A DNA stretch of 64,000 nucleotides from Lingula anatina. Lineage: Eukaryota; Animalia; Brachiopoda. The position numbers were made by a program, and so were the translations under genes. The notes beneath the pieces were generated by a model. The model searched no databases and was not told the origin of the DNA. It worked only from the letters and a program-made list of their open reading frames with translations. The DNA is taken from the NCBI GenBank assembly GCA_051362555.1, contig CM120647.1, forward strand, positions 6,572,001 through 6,636,000, written 5' to 3'. Within the stretch, counting starts at the first letter, position 1. Each line of letters starts with the position of its first letter. Of the stretch, positions 1 through 13,025 are shown piece after piece.

Positions 1-98
1 ATTAAGACCATTGTAATTAGTTAATTCAATTGAAATATTACCTATTTATCTTGAAACTAATAGTAGGGAATTTTACTCCTAAATGTTAAACTGGTTTT

Positions 99-145
<47 letters not shown>

Positions 146-188
146 TGTGATACAGCAACCTTTCTGTATTAAAGGACCTTAGTCTCAC

Positions 189-500
189 CTTTACGACTAA
201 GAGACACGTTCAATCGCGCATGCGTGCTATTGACTTCTATGGCAACGTCACGTTTTTCAAAGAAGAATGGTGCTCTGATGACATAACTTATTTCTCTTGT
301 ACAGACATTCGGCACCGAAAATTCCCCCCACTGATTCGTCATGGTTATAGCATCCCACTGCTTATCTTGGTGAAAAACTGCCGCAGCGTTCAGAGGTATG
401 CCATTGGTAGTCGTCACGCGGCCGTACAATACGGAACCATTGCAAACGCATATTGAACAGTTCACCAATGTGGCACCGGCGGGACAGGGTTTATTGCAGT
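189..500 (-). CDS. CILP: CILP-like gene, internal exon (Cys-rich segment plus carboxypeptidase-regulatory-like beta-sandwich); gene continues beyond the left window edge
   Basis: Acceptor tttgtttcag|AC at 501/500, donor AAG|gtgaga at 189/188; 312 nt, phase 1-1. Encodes DCNKPCPAGATLVNCSICVCNGSVLYGRVTTTNGIPL...TNQWGEFSVPNVC..., the pattern that follows the TSP1 repeat in CILP1/2. Confidence 0.8.
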
Positions 501-647
501 CTGAAACAAAATCGTATAGAAAACTACAAGAATATGGTAAACAAGACAACATTAAAATAACGATCTATTTAATTGATATAAAATGTACTGTTGATGTTGA
601 AAATTGTGAAAAAGATGTCCGTAAGCTTTTCAAAATCTTGAAAAAAT

Positions 648-1195
648 CTGTCTCCGTAAATGCACTTTTCCGTCAAATAAAAACAAAAATTCTACTATTG
701 AACAAAGACCCAGCAAATAAAAAAAATTATATAAAAACACTAAATATAATCATATAAAAGATAAAGATATAAAAAACAATACATAATATAGATAAAAAAA
801 TGAAAATTTTTATAAAAAAGAAAAATATAAAACTGTCTGAGTAAATGCGCTTTTACAGCAAATCAAAATAAACATGCTATTATCGAACAAGAACCCAACA
901 AATAATAAAAATAAAAAAATATAAAAATACAAAATATAATCATACAAAAGATAGATATATAAAAAACAAATACATAATATAAATAAGAAATGAAAAATTA
1001 TATTAAAAGAAAAATATTAAACCGTCTGCGTAAATGCGCTTTGACAGCAAATCAAAACAAACATTCTATTATCAAGAAAGGACCCAGCAAATAAAATAAT
1101 AAATATATAATCATATAAAAGATAAAAATATGAAAACAAATACATAAAACAGATAGAAAATAAAAAAAAATAATATAAAAAAGAAAAATAGAAAA
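648..1195. repeat. Three diverged tandem copies of a ~187-bp A-rich unit in the CILP-like intron
   Basis: Units start c(t/c)gtct(cc/ga/gc)gtaaatgc at 648, 833 and 1022; each carries accca(g/a)caaata and tataatcata blocks. Confidence 0.85.
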
Positions 1196-1208
1196 GGTCT
1201 TATAGTAC

Positions 1209-1388
1209 CCGGGCACGGCCAATCAGAACAATTGCGCCTCTCAAAGTCCGGTCCTGCACAATCCAAGCCGCCATTGTGCGGGGCGGGGTCGGAGCAGGTG
1301 CGTCGTCTGACTTGTACACCCTGGCCACACGTTGTTGAACAACTACCCCAGGGATCCCAGCGTGTCCACTGGCCGTGTATTGGTTCAC
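1209..1388 (-). CDS. CILP: CILP-like gene, thrombospondin type-1 (TSP1) repeat exon
   Basis: Acceptor tgtacag|GT at 1389/1388, donor CCGG|gtacta at 1209/1208; 180 nt, phase 1-1. GQWTRWDPWGSCSTTCGQGVQVRRRTC...C...C...C is the canonical TSP1 motif; splices in frame to 189-500 (CP-D-CNKPC). Confidence 0.9.
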
Positions 1389-1596
1389 CTGTACAGTTCA
1401 ATAACACAGTATTATTGATCAGTGCATAGAAAAAATATTTTTACAATTATGAGTCTATTAAAATAAAAATATGACAATAGAAGTTTTTTTTGTTGAAATA
1501 AGCTGAAACGTTATCTGCCAATATTAGCATGTTTTGCATGTTCCAAAAGGACTTCTACAATTCGTTTGAAATTACTATGCTGATGGATTTTGTCAA

Positions 1597-1643
<47 letters not shown>

Positions 1644-2767
1644 ATAGCAAAAAAAAAAAAAAAATGAAAAAGAAAATAAAATTAAAACAATGATAATTTA
1701 TCTTACTGCAAAATAAACACAAGGCTCCTATGCGTAAACAAGGAAAATTCAACAAAACTTGAATTATCTAAAAAAATTCTATAATCACACGCCATTTCAC
1801 AGATAACAATTCCCTTGTACCTTTTAACAAAACAAATATTTATCGAAATCTCCCAATACTTAAAATCAAGGAATCTAAAAAATAAAAAAAATAAAAAATA
1901 AATAAATAAATAAAAAACAAACAAACAAACAACGGTGCTGAATTTGACACGTATGTTGACCTTGAAAAAAAAAACATAGACAATACAACCAATCTGAAAG
2001 GAACTAACAGGAGAAAAGGTCAATAACCGAAAGACTCCGGTGTAACATTCATAGACCTTATATGGCAAGTTGGTGACAATTCGAACGCTTTTGAGTTACT
2101 GCACCGACTCACTGAGAACTCAAATAGCGTGCCTCACTACATCAACACCTAGGTCCAAACGCCTCGGAACAATTGCGACACAGTGACAGCACTGTGACAA
2201 CACGGTGACAACACAGTTACAGCATGACAGTGCAACACAACATTGACTTGTCACAGCCACTGGCTAAAGGGGACATTTTTTATGTTGAAAACGCGCACTG
2301 GTTGACTTGCACCCTCTGTGGTGCTACTACAAAATGGTCTATGTGAATCGCAAGGTTAAAAAGGTCTTCTCTAGTTTTATTTATGTGTTTTATTGATAGG
2401 TTATTTATTTTAAATAACTTTTATAAATCTTAAATGTACTATAACAGGTTTTAGTCTCTCATAACCCATAGTAGAGTGAGTTTTATCTTTAAACGTGAGA
2501 CTTAAATAAAATTATTATTATTATTATTATAACAATTATTATTACTGCAGAATGGTAAAGGCGTATCCAAGGGATGAGAATGGAAACTTTCATCTTGGTT
2601 AGATACATGTAGCAATAGGCAATAGGCCATTTGCATTTATAGGTTTTGACCGCACGCAATCTCTTCAACAGGAGGGACGTTGTATGTACATTTTATCTGC
2701 TGTTTCTGAGATTATAAAAATACTAGCTAAATTTATACTGTGGTTGCACAGAGGTTGCCCTGTAAAA

Positions 2768-2931
2768 CCGGTGTAACAGGAATGCTAGGAACCGTAGTCC
2801 GCTTCCCATTACTTTGTACAGGTGACATTCGTCTCATATAGTAACTCCAATATTCCAACTAACCCTAATCTGTACTAATCACATGGGATCCCGAACTTCT
2901 AATCCTAGGACTTCCATTCCTGTTACACCGG
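2768..2931. mobile_element. MITE family A copy 1 (TIR ggtgtaacaggaat; superfamily not determined)
   Basis: ccggtgtaacaggaatg ... cattcctgttacaccgg inverted termini, internal ctaaccctaa; homologous copies at 17761, 35827, 53453. Confidence 0.8.
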
Positions 2932-4381
2932 AATATACAGTATATAGTCCATCAGAAGGCACCTCGTGCATAGCTTGTGAATAGCTAGGAAAATGTCTTT
3001 GGATATCTATTTAGTGATATATTTTTCCTGTGACTCTGACAGACGTTAAAACACAAATAACACGCGTAATTGCCTAGTTACATTTGGTGCAAACATTTCG
3101 TGTACCACCTCACTGAAAACTACCCGTGCACGTGACTTGACTTTATACCCAGTAGGTAAACGTGACACACTGACAGCTTCTTTTAGAAATGAATAATGGT
3201 AGGTGTTACAAAAGAAAGCTTTCTGTTCGCTACAGCTGTTATGCAATCTAAATTTTTCTTTTTAGGCAAGCAAACTAAAATGCGTTGAAACAAGCACTGT
3301 AAAAATATTTTGGTCACCTTGCAGTGAATACGTTAATTGTTAGATTTTTTGCATTTTTTAAATATAATTTAATAGTAATACTATATATCTATCTTCATTG
3401 CTAACAAAGGCCGCAATCTTATACAAGCTGCATGCATTTACTGCAATTCATCTGAGTTGAATTGTACCACGTTTCATTTATAAAAAAACTGATATTTGTT
3501 AGCTTTCTAATGTTAAAAATGGTTTTACGGATCTGTGGAATTTTAAAAACTATCCCAAATCCCCGAGGAGCATACAACCCAAGCGACATGGCAGCGCTCA
3601 AAGATATAATTCACACTAATCAGCGTATCACTACCAAGAGCGGGTATTTACTCCTTACTTCATCCTCCCTTGAGTATTTTTTTCAAGAAGACAGCAGGTA
3701 CCATTTTTTTTTAATTGTCCTTGGTATGACTCGGCGTGGGAAGCGGCCACACCACCACCTGCGCCAGAGGCGAGCAACTCTTTTTTAGAGATAGTCTACC
3801 CAGTCAGTTGATTTTGATATAATTTATGATGATGTAAATTGGCGTGTCAAAGTGTGCATTTGAAAGAAAACACAATGAAAGTCTGTTTTGGTTGTGCATT
3901 TTTACAAATATATTTTTACAAATATATTTTCATTTTTAATAAAAGTAAGATGTGTAGAACATGTCAGACAACTTAACTATCAACCATAAAGTCTCTCTCT
4001 CTCTCTCTCCCTCTCTCTCTCTCTCTCATACTGAACCTCCTACCGGCATTTTGTTCAAACAATAACAAGTTGCGTGAGTAACAATGATAAAAAGACAGAA
4101 TTGCGTAAACAAAGGATCACCTTGGTTGACCTTGAATATTTCCGGCTGTTCTTCTCGCTCAACTGGGATATTGTTCTCTATAAAATATAAAAACGAAAAG
4201 AGAACATATGGCAAACATAATGTGTTCATATACATGAACGGGGTCATTCCATAAGAAATATTGACTCCCTGAGTCACGGCAGTACTGGTGACGCACACAT
4301 TTGATGCAATATTTGTTTTATAATGTCAATAATAATTTATTGAGCACAGAAATGGTTTTACATTTAAAGGCTCTCTAACTA

Positions 4382-4383
<2 letters not shown>

Positions 4384-4460
<77 letters not shown>
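4384..4460. repeat. (TA)n microsatellite
   Basis: Uninterrupted TA run. Confidence 0.95.
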
Positions 4461-4462
<2 letters not shown>

Positions 4463-4546
4463 AAAATAAAAAATTCGGACTTTCCCAAAATTTTGCTAAT
4501 AAAACCGGTATAGCACCATCAAATATGGACAGAAAAAAATTGTTGA

Positions 4547-5590
4547 GGGCCATTCCGTGGTATTTGGTCCGCAGGCCAAAAAATTAAAAAAAGAATCCTA
4601 CTTACAAAACTACTAATTTCTGAAACTAGGCACCACAAGACACCAGAATCCAAAAGAAAATTTAGGTTTTAATGATGAATTATGATTTTATTGACACTTT
4701 TATCTGGATAACTTATAAAACAGTGTTACGGAAGGTAATTTTTTAAATATATTTTTCATAATAGAGATAATTTTAAACAATAAAGGCTAAATACATTAAA
4801 TATAACATTTCTTAGTCAAGTGCATTAAATTAAAAAAATATTTGATTATAAAATTATGAATTAATTAATATCAATTTGTACTTCCGAGATGATTTTGGTA
4901 CCTTTTTTAAGTTTTTAAATAACTACAAAAGCTAAAAACTTATAACTTCATCTTCTCCTCAATCATGATATGGGTCAGCAAAATACGAAAACATTTTTGC
5001 TTAGAACCACTCCAATAAGAAATTAAATCCAAAAACATGAGCATTAAACATGACACCTAGAACTGTGGAAGGACATGTGAGGCATTTTGATTGGACAATA
5101 AGAGGTCATGTGACCGATGAGCCCTAAACCCTTATGTCTTTCAAGATAATCTTTAACTTAAAATGCACAATTATTATATAAAGAAGCATTTTTAAACTGA
5201 GATACATTTCATATGAATGAATGATTAAGAAGTTATTATAATTAAGACATTTGATTATATTTATAATTAATGAATTTGGTAAGATTTTCTCTTAAATGTC
5301 CCAATATTATTTAAAGATGATCAGAGTAGATGAGAACTAATACCACAGTCAAAAATAGTAACATGTTTGAAGATGAAATATATTATCATGGAAAGACTTG
5401 TTTACCTTTGGTATTATTCATCAAACTGATGCTGGTCTGTATTCATAAAATATTTTTATTAGCCTTGTTTTACATTTTATTTAGCAATAGACAAAACGTC
5501 CTTCCGAGACGCGTCCTTCCGAGACGTCTACTTGATTTTTTTATATGCAAAATTTTCAAATTAATTTTTTTCAAAAAAAAATAAATAAAA

Positions 5591-5637
<47 letters not shown>

Positions 5638-5937
5638 AAAATTAAATTGAGAAAGTGAAATAATCAAACATTCAAATTTTGATTCGACTTTAAAAATATT
5701 TCAACAGACTGAGCAGATTTTTCTGTTGAAACTGAAAGTAAAAATTCCATGTCTGTTTCACGGCCTTCCGAGACGTTAACTATTTATTATAATTTTTCGT
5801 AACTATAATTTTTTTAGCCCAAATTTTCTTAAATATAACTTACATAAAGAGGAATAAACATACAAAAAATGGGATTCTAAATTTTTACTTTTTAAAATAT
5901 TTTCATCTGAATGTCAAATGTCCTTCCGTAATGGCAA

Positions 5938-5980
<43 letters not shown>

Positions 5981-5997
5981 ATACCACATAATGGCCT
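4547..5997. mobile_element. Degenerate non-autonomous DNA transposon, possibly Kolobok-like
   Basis: Imperfect TIRs ggccattccgtggtatt / aataccacataatggcc; flanks ttga / ttaa; internal inverted pair ttacggaagg (~4727) / ccttccgtaa (~5922); repeated ccttccgagacg; no ORF. Confidence 0.5.
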
Positions 5998-6868
5998 TTA
6001 ATTAAAAGTCATATAACACATATCCAAATATATCAGTATATAATAGGTATGCAAATAATATACATGTGTCACTGACGCCACACATATTTTTCCTTTTTTC
6101 GTGGAATGCAATATGCTGGTACGTGTTCTGTGTCAATAAGATATTCAATGGTTATTTCGGTAGGTTTCTCTTTGCGAGTTTGTAACGTGATGTGGCTGAT
6201 TACAAAAAAAAAAATAAATAAATAAATAAAAAAATAAAATAAAATAAAAAAATATAAATAAAAAATAAATAAATAAAAGGAAAAAAAATACTGATACTAT
6301 TCCATTGTCAATCATAAAAGTAGCATATTTATGCTTAAATGTTTATCCCTAAAACATTGTTGAAAAACAGTAAATAGACTTTTTCCAAGTTGAGAACAGT
6401 AAAAAAATTGGAAAAAGATATATGATGCGCGTTATTGAAAAAATAATTCTGAAAATGTCAACAAATGCTTTATTATCAAAAAGGTATACTCTATCTAAAA
6501 ACGTTGCAATTTAACATCTTTTTCGAGTTCTACTCCTAAAAGTACCTACGTTTAACTGTCAACCCCTTCATTCTCTACAAGCACACAGGTATCTCTATTA
6601 CACGAGCGGCGAGATTAAACTTTTAAAACCACCAAATCATCTTATATAGATCTTAATAACGTGAATATTTTTGACAATGAGATATTGTCATCATTACAGG
6701 AAAAAAGCTGAAATTTCCCGGAAAATAAGGACATCCCTTTTTCAAGGCCAGACGTTTTTCCTGAAAAATGATCATAATATTTCGAGATCCCCCCAGAAAC
6801 AGTGCATTCCATTACTGTAATCAAAATAAATAAATAAAAAAATTAATAAATCATTGATATTTGCCTAC

Positions 6869-7579
6869 CTTGAAACTCAGTGTCAAGACCGGAAACCAAC
6901 TTCTGCTGCGGGACTGTTGTCACGTGGTCTTTAAGATGGGGAGCAATGACGAAAACCCCAACCAGAGACAGTATTAACCCCACAACTCCCAGCACGACCA
7001 AAATCGCTGCAATGACCCATTTCACCATCTTCTTCCTCCTCAGCTCTTCCGCCAAAGACGGAGGAAAGCTTTTCGGTAAAGGTTCGTAAACACTCTCAAC
7101 GGACGGTACCTTGGGAATCGGAAGCGGAGGCACGTCCGGACGAATCTCCGAAGGTGTCACTTTTTCAAGTTCAATATCCACATGCTTCTCGGAGCGATCC
7201 TGCATTTCGCGATGGTCGGTAACATTCCGGTAATCTCCTGGCGGGATTGGTGTTCTCCGTACAGGAACCTCGCTGTTGTTGGTAATGGTGTCGTAAACAT
7301 TTTCCCTATCCCCTACATAATCACAAGCTACGTCATAGGGAAAGGATTTCGGTGCCTCGTACAGCCCCAGATCATTGTCTGCCGAATCAGGGAAGTCATC
7401 CGTTACGTCAGAATCAAGGTCACCTTCTGTGGGGTCAAGGTCGTTTTCGTAGGGGTCAAGGGCAGACTTGGGAACCTGTTTGGTGGGTTTTGGGGGAGGA
7501 ATTGGCACGTAGGCCTTGTTCACGAAGAACGCTCCTTTGCTCTGAGTCGCTGGCCTCGGATCCACTTTCGGTGATGGAA
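6869..7579 (-). CDS. Exon encoding a Pro/Tyr-rich disordered tail and one transmembrane helix; inferred N-terminal part of the CILP-like gene
   Basis: Acceptor attctttcag|TT at 7580/7579, donor CAAG|gtaggc at 6869/6868; 711 nt open, phase 1-1, richer in GC than its flanks. RRKK precedes WVIAAILVVLGVVGLILSLVGVFVIA (~7019-6942). Phase fits the TSP1 exon (EFQ-G-EPIHGQW). Confidence 0.8.
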
Positions 7580-8768
7580 CTGAAAGAATACAAGTAATAG
7601 TTTTAGACACGGCAGTTATCTTCTCCTAGAATAATCGCCATCAGTCGTTTTCACAGACTACGTCATTAGAATTTCGTGCATTGGTTGCAAATATCCATTG
7701 AAATATATTCACAGTTGCAGTTCTTACATTGATACCCAAAACTTCCGAAATGAAGAAAGTCGAACCACCTTTTAAGGAAGTGGCCATCTGCGCAGTTTAC
7801 CCCTATTTAAATGCTTTATTCAGTTGCATATTTACATATATTCATTGTCAGCTGATCGGCTGCTTTATGTTTTCCATCTAAGTATATATTTTGTCAAACA
7901 AAAACGCCGAATCATGTTAAGTACATTATTTAGTATTCCGTTTATACCTATGACAATTCACGAGATGTTTTAACAAATAATTCACTTTTTATGAATGAAA
8001 CAAGCCCACATCATTTAAAACATAAATTAATTTTGCTCTAAATGCACCAGATAAATAAATCAAATCACATGTGCTTAACATGCTAAACATGCATTATAAA
8101 ATTATATTTTGCCATTTTTTACATAAATCAATTCAATGTATTTAAATATAAAAACGTATGATCCTGTTTCTAAAATGTATGGATTATTTAGAAATATAAC
8201 TTTTTGTTTATATTTCTATACATGATGCAACATACTCTGTTAAAATACATGTCTAATTCTGTCCTTTGAAAAAAATGATGTGAAAATTTCTGCCTTTTCC
8301 AATGCGATTTTCATTTTTTTTGTTCATACCTATTTTGCATTGTAAAACGGAGATTGTTGATTATACTAAATATGATTCAGTATAATATGTTAAAGAAAAT
8401 ATACCTTTACTTTGCATTTTGAGACATTATTTTGTTTATTTCTCTAAATATAAATCAACTAAATATCTTAAGGCGCATAAACCTTTATGTTCGTTGAACA
8501 AATATGCTTACATGTACCTATTTCGTCTTTTTTTTTCAGTTTTTCTCCACTAAGATAAATTAGATTAGTTAAAGAACATTACATGTGCATGTATGCCCTT
8601 TATAATATGGTCTGAATATTATAAAATAAGCTTAAATTAATTTTCCTACAAGTATACATAAATAAACTAAATATCTTAAAATATATTTACCTGTTTTCTG
8701 CTTGTACAATACCCCTAGACACTTTTTAAATGGAATTTTGACTATTTAAACTGTTAAAACCATAAGCC

Positions 8769-8811
<43 letters not shown>

Positions 8812-9171
8812 TGGGTTATTTGTAGCATTAAATCATTAAATATTACTGTACCAAGTACTGAGTGCACCAGTTTACCCTTAAAAGTTACATATTACATGAA
8901 ATACATCAATAAAAAACTAGGACAAATATGCTCTATTCACAGAAAACAGAGATAACCAAGTCAAAGTAAGAAAATCTACATAAGTGTAATAATACTGAAA
9001 TTGGAAATCATTTACCTCTAATTAACAGTGCAGTGTATTCCTCGTACGACTAAAAACGCCAAAAAGCAGAAGCAGAATGGAGCATGTAGACAACATGAAA
9101 TCGCCTTGCGTACTTTTTTGCATGTGCCCCTTCCCTTGAAAATGACGACTACTCAAAACACAACATTTTAC

Positions 9172-9193
9172 CTGTCATCATTCCATCGGACAT
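9172..9193 (-). CDS. Putative first coding exon (MSDGMMT-) of the CILP-like membrane protein
   Basis: ATG TCC GAT GGA ATG ATG ACA G|gtaaaa; phase-1 donor matches the 7579 acceptor; in-frame upstream TAG (~9327) with no intervening in-frame ATG. Confidence 0.5.
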
Positions 9194-10659
9194 GACAAAT
9201 TCAACATCAAAAGAAGGAGGAAAAATATGATTCTTCCTGACCCTTTCGCTGCACTCACGCCATATGAAACAACCAACGAGGGAAGCATTTTTCAAAAAAC
9301 GCCAGTCATCTGATGAATCGCTTTCCTAGTCAGCCTCCTCATGGGGGCAATATGAATATCACCAGTCAGTAAACATAAACAGGCCTAGACATTAATATAT
9401 TATGTTTTACACCCCAAAAAGAATAAAGGACAGCTAGTCACCGACATAATACTCACGCGCAGGACTGTTTACATAGATATTAGAAACACGGCGGCCGCAG
9501 CTGGCCAACTCCTCACTTTCTTTAAACGACATAAATTACGATTTTTTCCTCCAAATGTATCTTTTCCAACTGTGCATTTGTAGTTAGCATCGTTTTATCT
9601 TACATTTTCTTTTTTTTTCACTCGCAAAGCATCAATCGCTGTTGCAGACGTTTAGTCGTTCATAACATCGCGTGAGAGACAATAGAGGCGGTCTATGTGT
9701 CGCATGCACCTTGAATCCAGACTTTGGTGCCTTGTACTTCATCTGGTTTGTATTCTTTTGCTGCAATCTCGACGCTGCTGTTACATATTTATTCCCTTGT
9801 TGGCGCAAAGGGTCTTTGTATCTTGGTGCGTGTAAAATTGCACTTGGATTATCTGTTGATTTGTGCGTGGAGTTGTGAAATTTGTATCTTGAAGGATATT
9901 TTTTCCAGTACTGGTAATCGTTAGTGGGAGTAGCTCCAGTCTGAAAAAGTAGTCCAAGAACAAGCACGAGATGCCCTTTTCAAAATTTGAGGTCAAAAAC
10001 ATTAATAAATATGACAAATAAATTAAGTGAAAAGGACATGTTCGTTTCAGACTTATGTAAAGCACAGTTGACGAGGCGTAGCGTGTCTCCATAAAATTTG
10101 TCGTGTCCTTCATTTCAAACAATTGCTTGTGAAAGGACTTTTTGGGGAGAAAAATTGAATTTGACACGAATATTGCCCAGCTCTTAACTTTGCGTAATTT
10201 GAACACATTTCCAGGTCCCATATATTCATAATTCTGATGGATAATAAGAATATGAAGACATCAGAGAATATGATTATAAAAATGTCAATGAAAAAAAAAA
10301 TAGATGTCTTTTTTCTCGCTGATCAGATAAATAAATGTTTAAGTAAAAACATTATTTCATAGTTATGAACATCTTATAATCCTTAAGACTCTTTAGAAGT
10401 GCATGGCATGACCCGAGATGAACAATAAACCAAACCTTTTTATTTCCCGTGGTGATGCCAAACAGGTCCATAGGATTAATAATATTTTTTCCTTTAGAAT
10501 GTTAATCTTCTGGTATTGCGAAAATTGAGCAGGAGCGCGCACCCCACCACCATGTAGCACAACTACCGCATTGTCGTTTGCTCTGAATGTTACACAGATG
10601 TTAGGTGCGTTGGGCACCCGGATGAAGAGTTTTGCCACCTGTCAGTGACACGTTTCTTA

Positions 10660-10882
10660 AACCCACCTTACACTGGACGGCATCCTTTGTGCGTCCTGGA
10701 GTACGGCCTCGTTTGAGATTTAAAAAAATATGCATGCCGACAACTGGCCGGTCATTGAGCATTCATTCTGCAACCCTGGGCGATGCTTGTGCCTCCTTTC
10801 TACATGTACGACCACAGCGATGCCAGTTTCATGGTCGCATAAATGATGCGCAGAAATGACCCCGTCTAGTGTAGAAGGAGTT
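10660..10882. mobile_element. PIF/Harbinger-like MITE family B copy 1 (diverged)
   Basis: ccttacactggacggcatcctt ... ccgtctagtgtagaagg termini; body aligns with the copies at 11452 and 15468. Confidence 0.75.
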
Positions 10883-11451
10883 TAAGCAACTTTTTTCACT
10901 GCCACGATTTCAGGGCGGCATTCATTTAATCTGTTGTAAAGCAAATGACTTACACTTTCGATAATAACAGATAACAATTAAAGCAGAATCAATTGTGTAA
11001 AGGGATAGGGAGTTATTTAGTGCAAGTTAAATTTCTTTAAGAGTCAACAAGTGTAGAGATTGTTCTCGAAGTAAGAAAGGGTGAAACATTTCAGTGACAT
11101 TTTTGATTTGATTGGGTAATTTTTTAATAGATTTGCACGTTTCTAACACTTGTAAAAATCATGCAAACTCGAGATGGACAAGGTTCAAGCATGAGTAATT
11201 CGAATAATATTTTATATATTTTCAATTGAAAACAAGTCTCTCTGAAAGTAATTAATAAGGAAATATTGAATAGCTTTTTGTAACATGAGCATGGAAATTA
11301 AGAGTGTAAATAATGGTGAAATTGTGTGAAAGAGAGAGTCGGTGAATAAACGTTTGAAAGCTCCAGACTGTTGTCGTCATTCCTCACTATAACAGATCTT
11401 TTGTAAGGTAATCTGTCTCCAGCATTTGGTGAAATACACTCCCGTAGTTAA

Positions 11452-11674
11452 AGCCCCCTTTACACTGGACGGCGTCCTTTCTGCGTCCAGCAGTACGGCC
11501 CTATTTGAGAGTTAAAAAATTATAATACTTTACGTGCTGACAACTGGCCGATCATTGAGCATTCATTCTGATACAAAATCAATGCTTGTGCCTCCTTATT
11601 AAGACCACAGCGATGTCAAATTTCATGGTCGCAGAAAGGACGCAGAAAGGACGCCGTCCAGTGTAAAGGGGGTA
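11452..11674. mobile_element. PIF/Harbinger-like MITE family B copy 2
   Basis: TIR ccccctttacactggacggcgtcctttctgcgtcc / ggacgcagaaaggacgccgtccagtgtaaaggggg; TAA on both sides. Confidence 0.85.
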
Positions 11675-12801
11675 TAAGTGCTTGGGTAATGACAAACAAG
11701 GAATTTTCTTCGTCTTATAAATAAAATTACTTATACCTTTAAGAATAATCGTCAAGCAGAGTTAAAATGTGCCACCCCCCCCCCTCTTCAATGCACTTTC
11801 TAATGATACCGTGTATAATACAAATGGGTTACATGTTGCATGAAATTACTGAAATTGGCAATGGCTGAAAATGTAAAACAATGATATATAATTCAGTCAG
11901 ATAAAACATAACATTAATAGTTGCCAGTGTTAGATTTTGTCCTAGATTAACAAGGCACAGGAAGGGATTCAGAGACCACGACATCTTTTATCAGACGCTG
12001 TACATGTTTAGATTTTATAATAACGCTTTTAATTATTCGCCAATGTACCAAATCGTTCATGTGCATTCATCGTGGGGGATTGAATTATAAATCAATGATA
12101 TTGTCTATTTTAAAAGCATAAATTTGTCAGGCACTGAGCCATTTTAGAATAAGACCTAAAAATACAAATAATAATAATAATAATAATAAAATAACAAAAA
12201 ATTCTCTAGAAGGTAATACCTTTGCAAGATCTGTTAATTTGTTGTTTTTAGCAAAACATGAAAGAATAATTCTGACTCAACCTTACTCAATTAAGGAACC
12301 AAGGGCTTATCAACCGAGATGATGATAGATAATTCTATAATGATATAATATCTTAATCTAGCGTGGAAGTAATTTAGAAATAATGACCCGGATCAGGATT
12401 GGAAAATAATATCCACTGCACAGAAACCCCGGAAAGGAAATGTCATAAATGACACCAGTTTCACAACTATAATTAGATTTACAATTTTCTCATTTGGTAA
12501 CGGTCAAAGACAACGGAATGTTATTATGTAATAACAGCCCCGTATGTGACGTCATATGATAATTAATCAAACGATTAATTGTGTCACCCTGGCCTCTGAC
12601 GGCTAAACATGAAACATATGAACAGACATGATTATATAAAAAGAGTGAGCAGCCAATTTTCTAAACCATTGATGATATCGTAATTATGAGGTTACCGATA
12701 ACTGGAATTTTTAATTTGGCGTTGGAAATGTGCTCACAAAAGCGTCCACATCTCTTTCCTCTGACGTATGACGGAAAGTCGACAAGTCCGCAAACCAAAG
12801 C

Positions 12802-12830
12802 CGTGAGCACTGCTCACGCGCCGTATATAA
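12802..12830 (+). promoter_or_regulatory. Putative TIMP core promoter: TATA box preceded by an inverted repeat
   Basis: TATATAA at 12824-12830, ~200 nt upstream of the ATG; CGTGAGCA-c-TGCTCACG at 12802-12818; full CRE TGACGTCA at 12547-12554. Confidence 0.45.
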
Positions 12831-13025
12831 GGTTCAAGCTTTTCGCCCTCTGGCAAACGCTCGTAGAATTTCCCCAGAGGTTGCGACCCTATGCGCTGCT
12901 CACACATTTTGTGGACAACTAGAAGAGAAACTGTTAACTGTTGAATTATCTGGCTGACAGTCGAAACTGTGGATTAATTTTTATTATATTTAACATTCTC
13001 AGACGAATAATCACAGTGTCAAGTA

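Noticed and set aside
4241-6110. Possible outer transposon (gggtcattccat ... gtggaatgc) enclosing 4547-5997
   Set aside because: Terminal match is only a few bases and no TSD could be read.
9632-10221. Overlapping ORFs of 66-146 aa
   Set aside because: No recognisable domain and no consistent splice structure.
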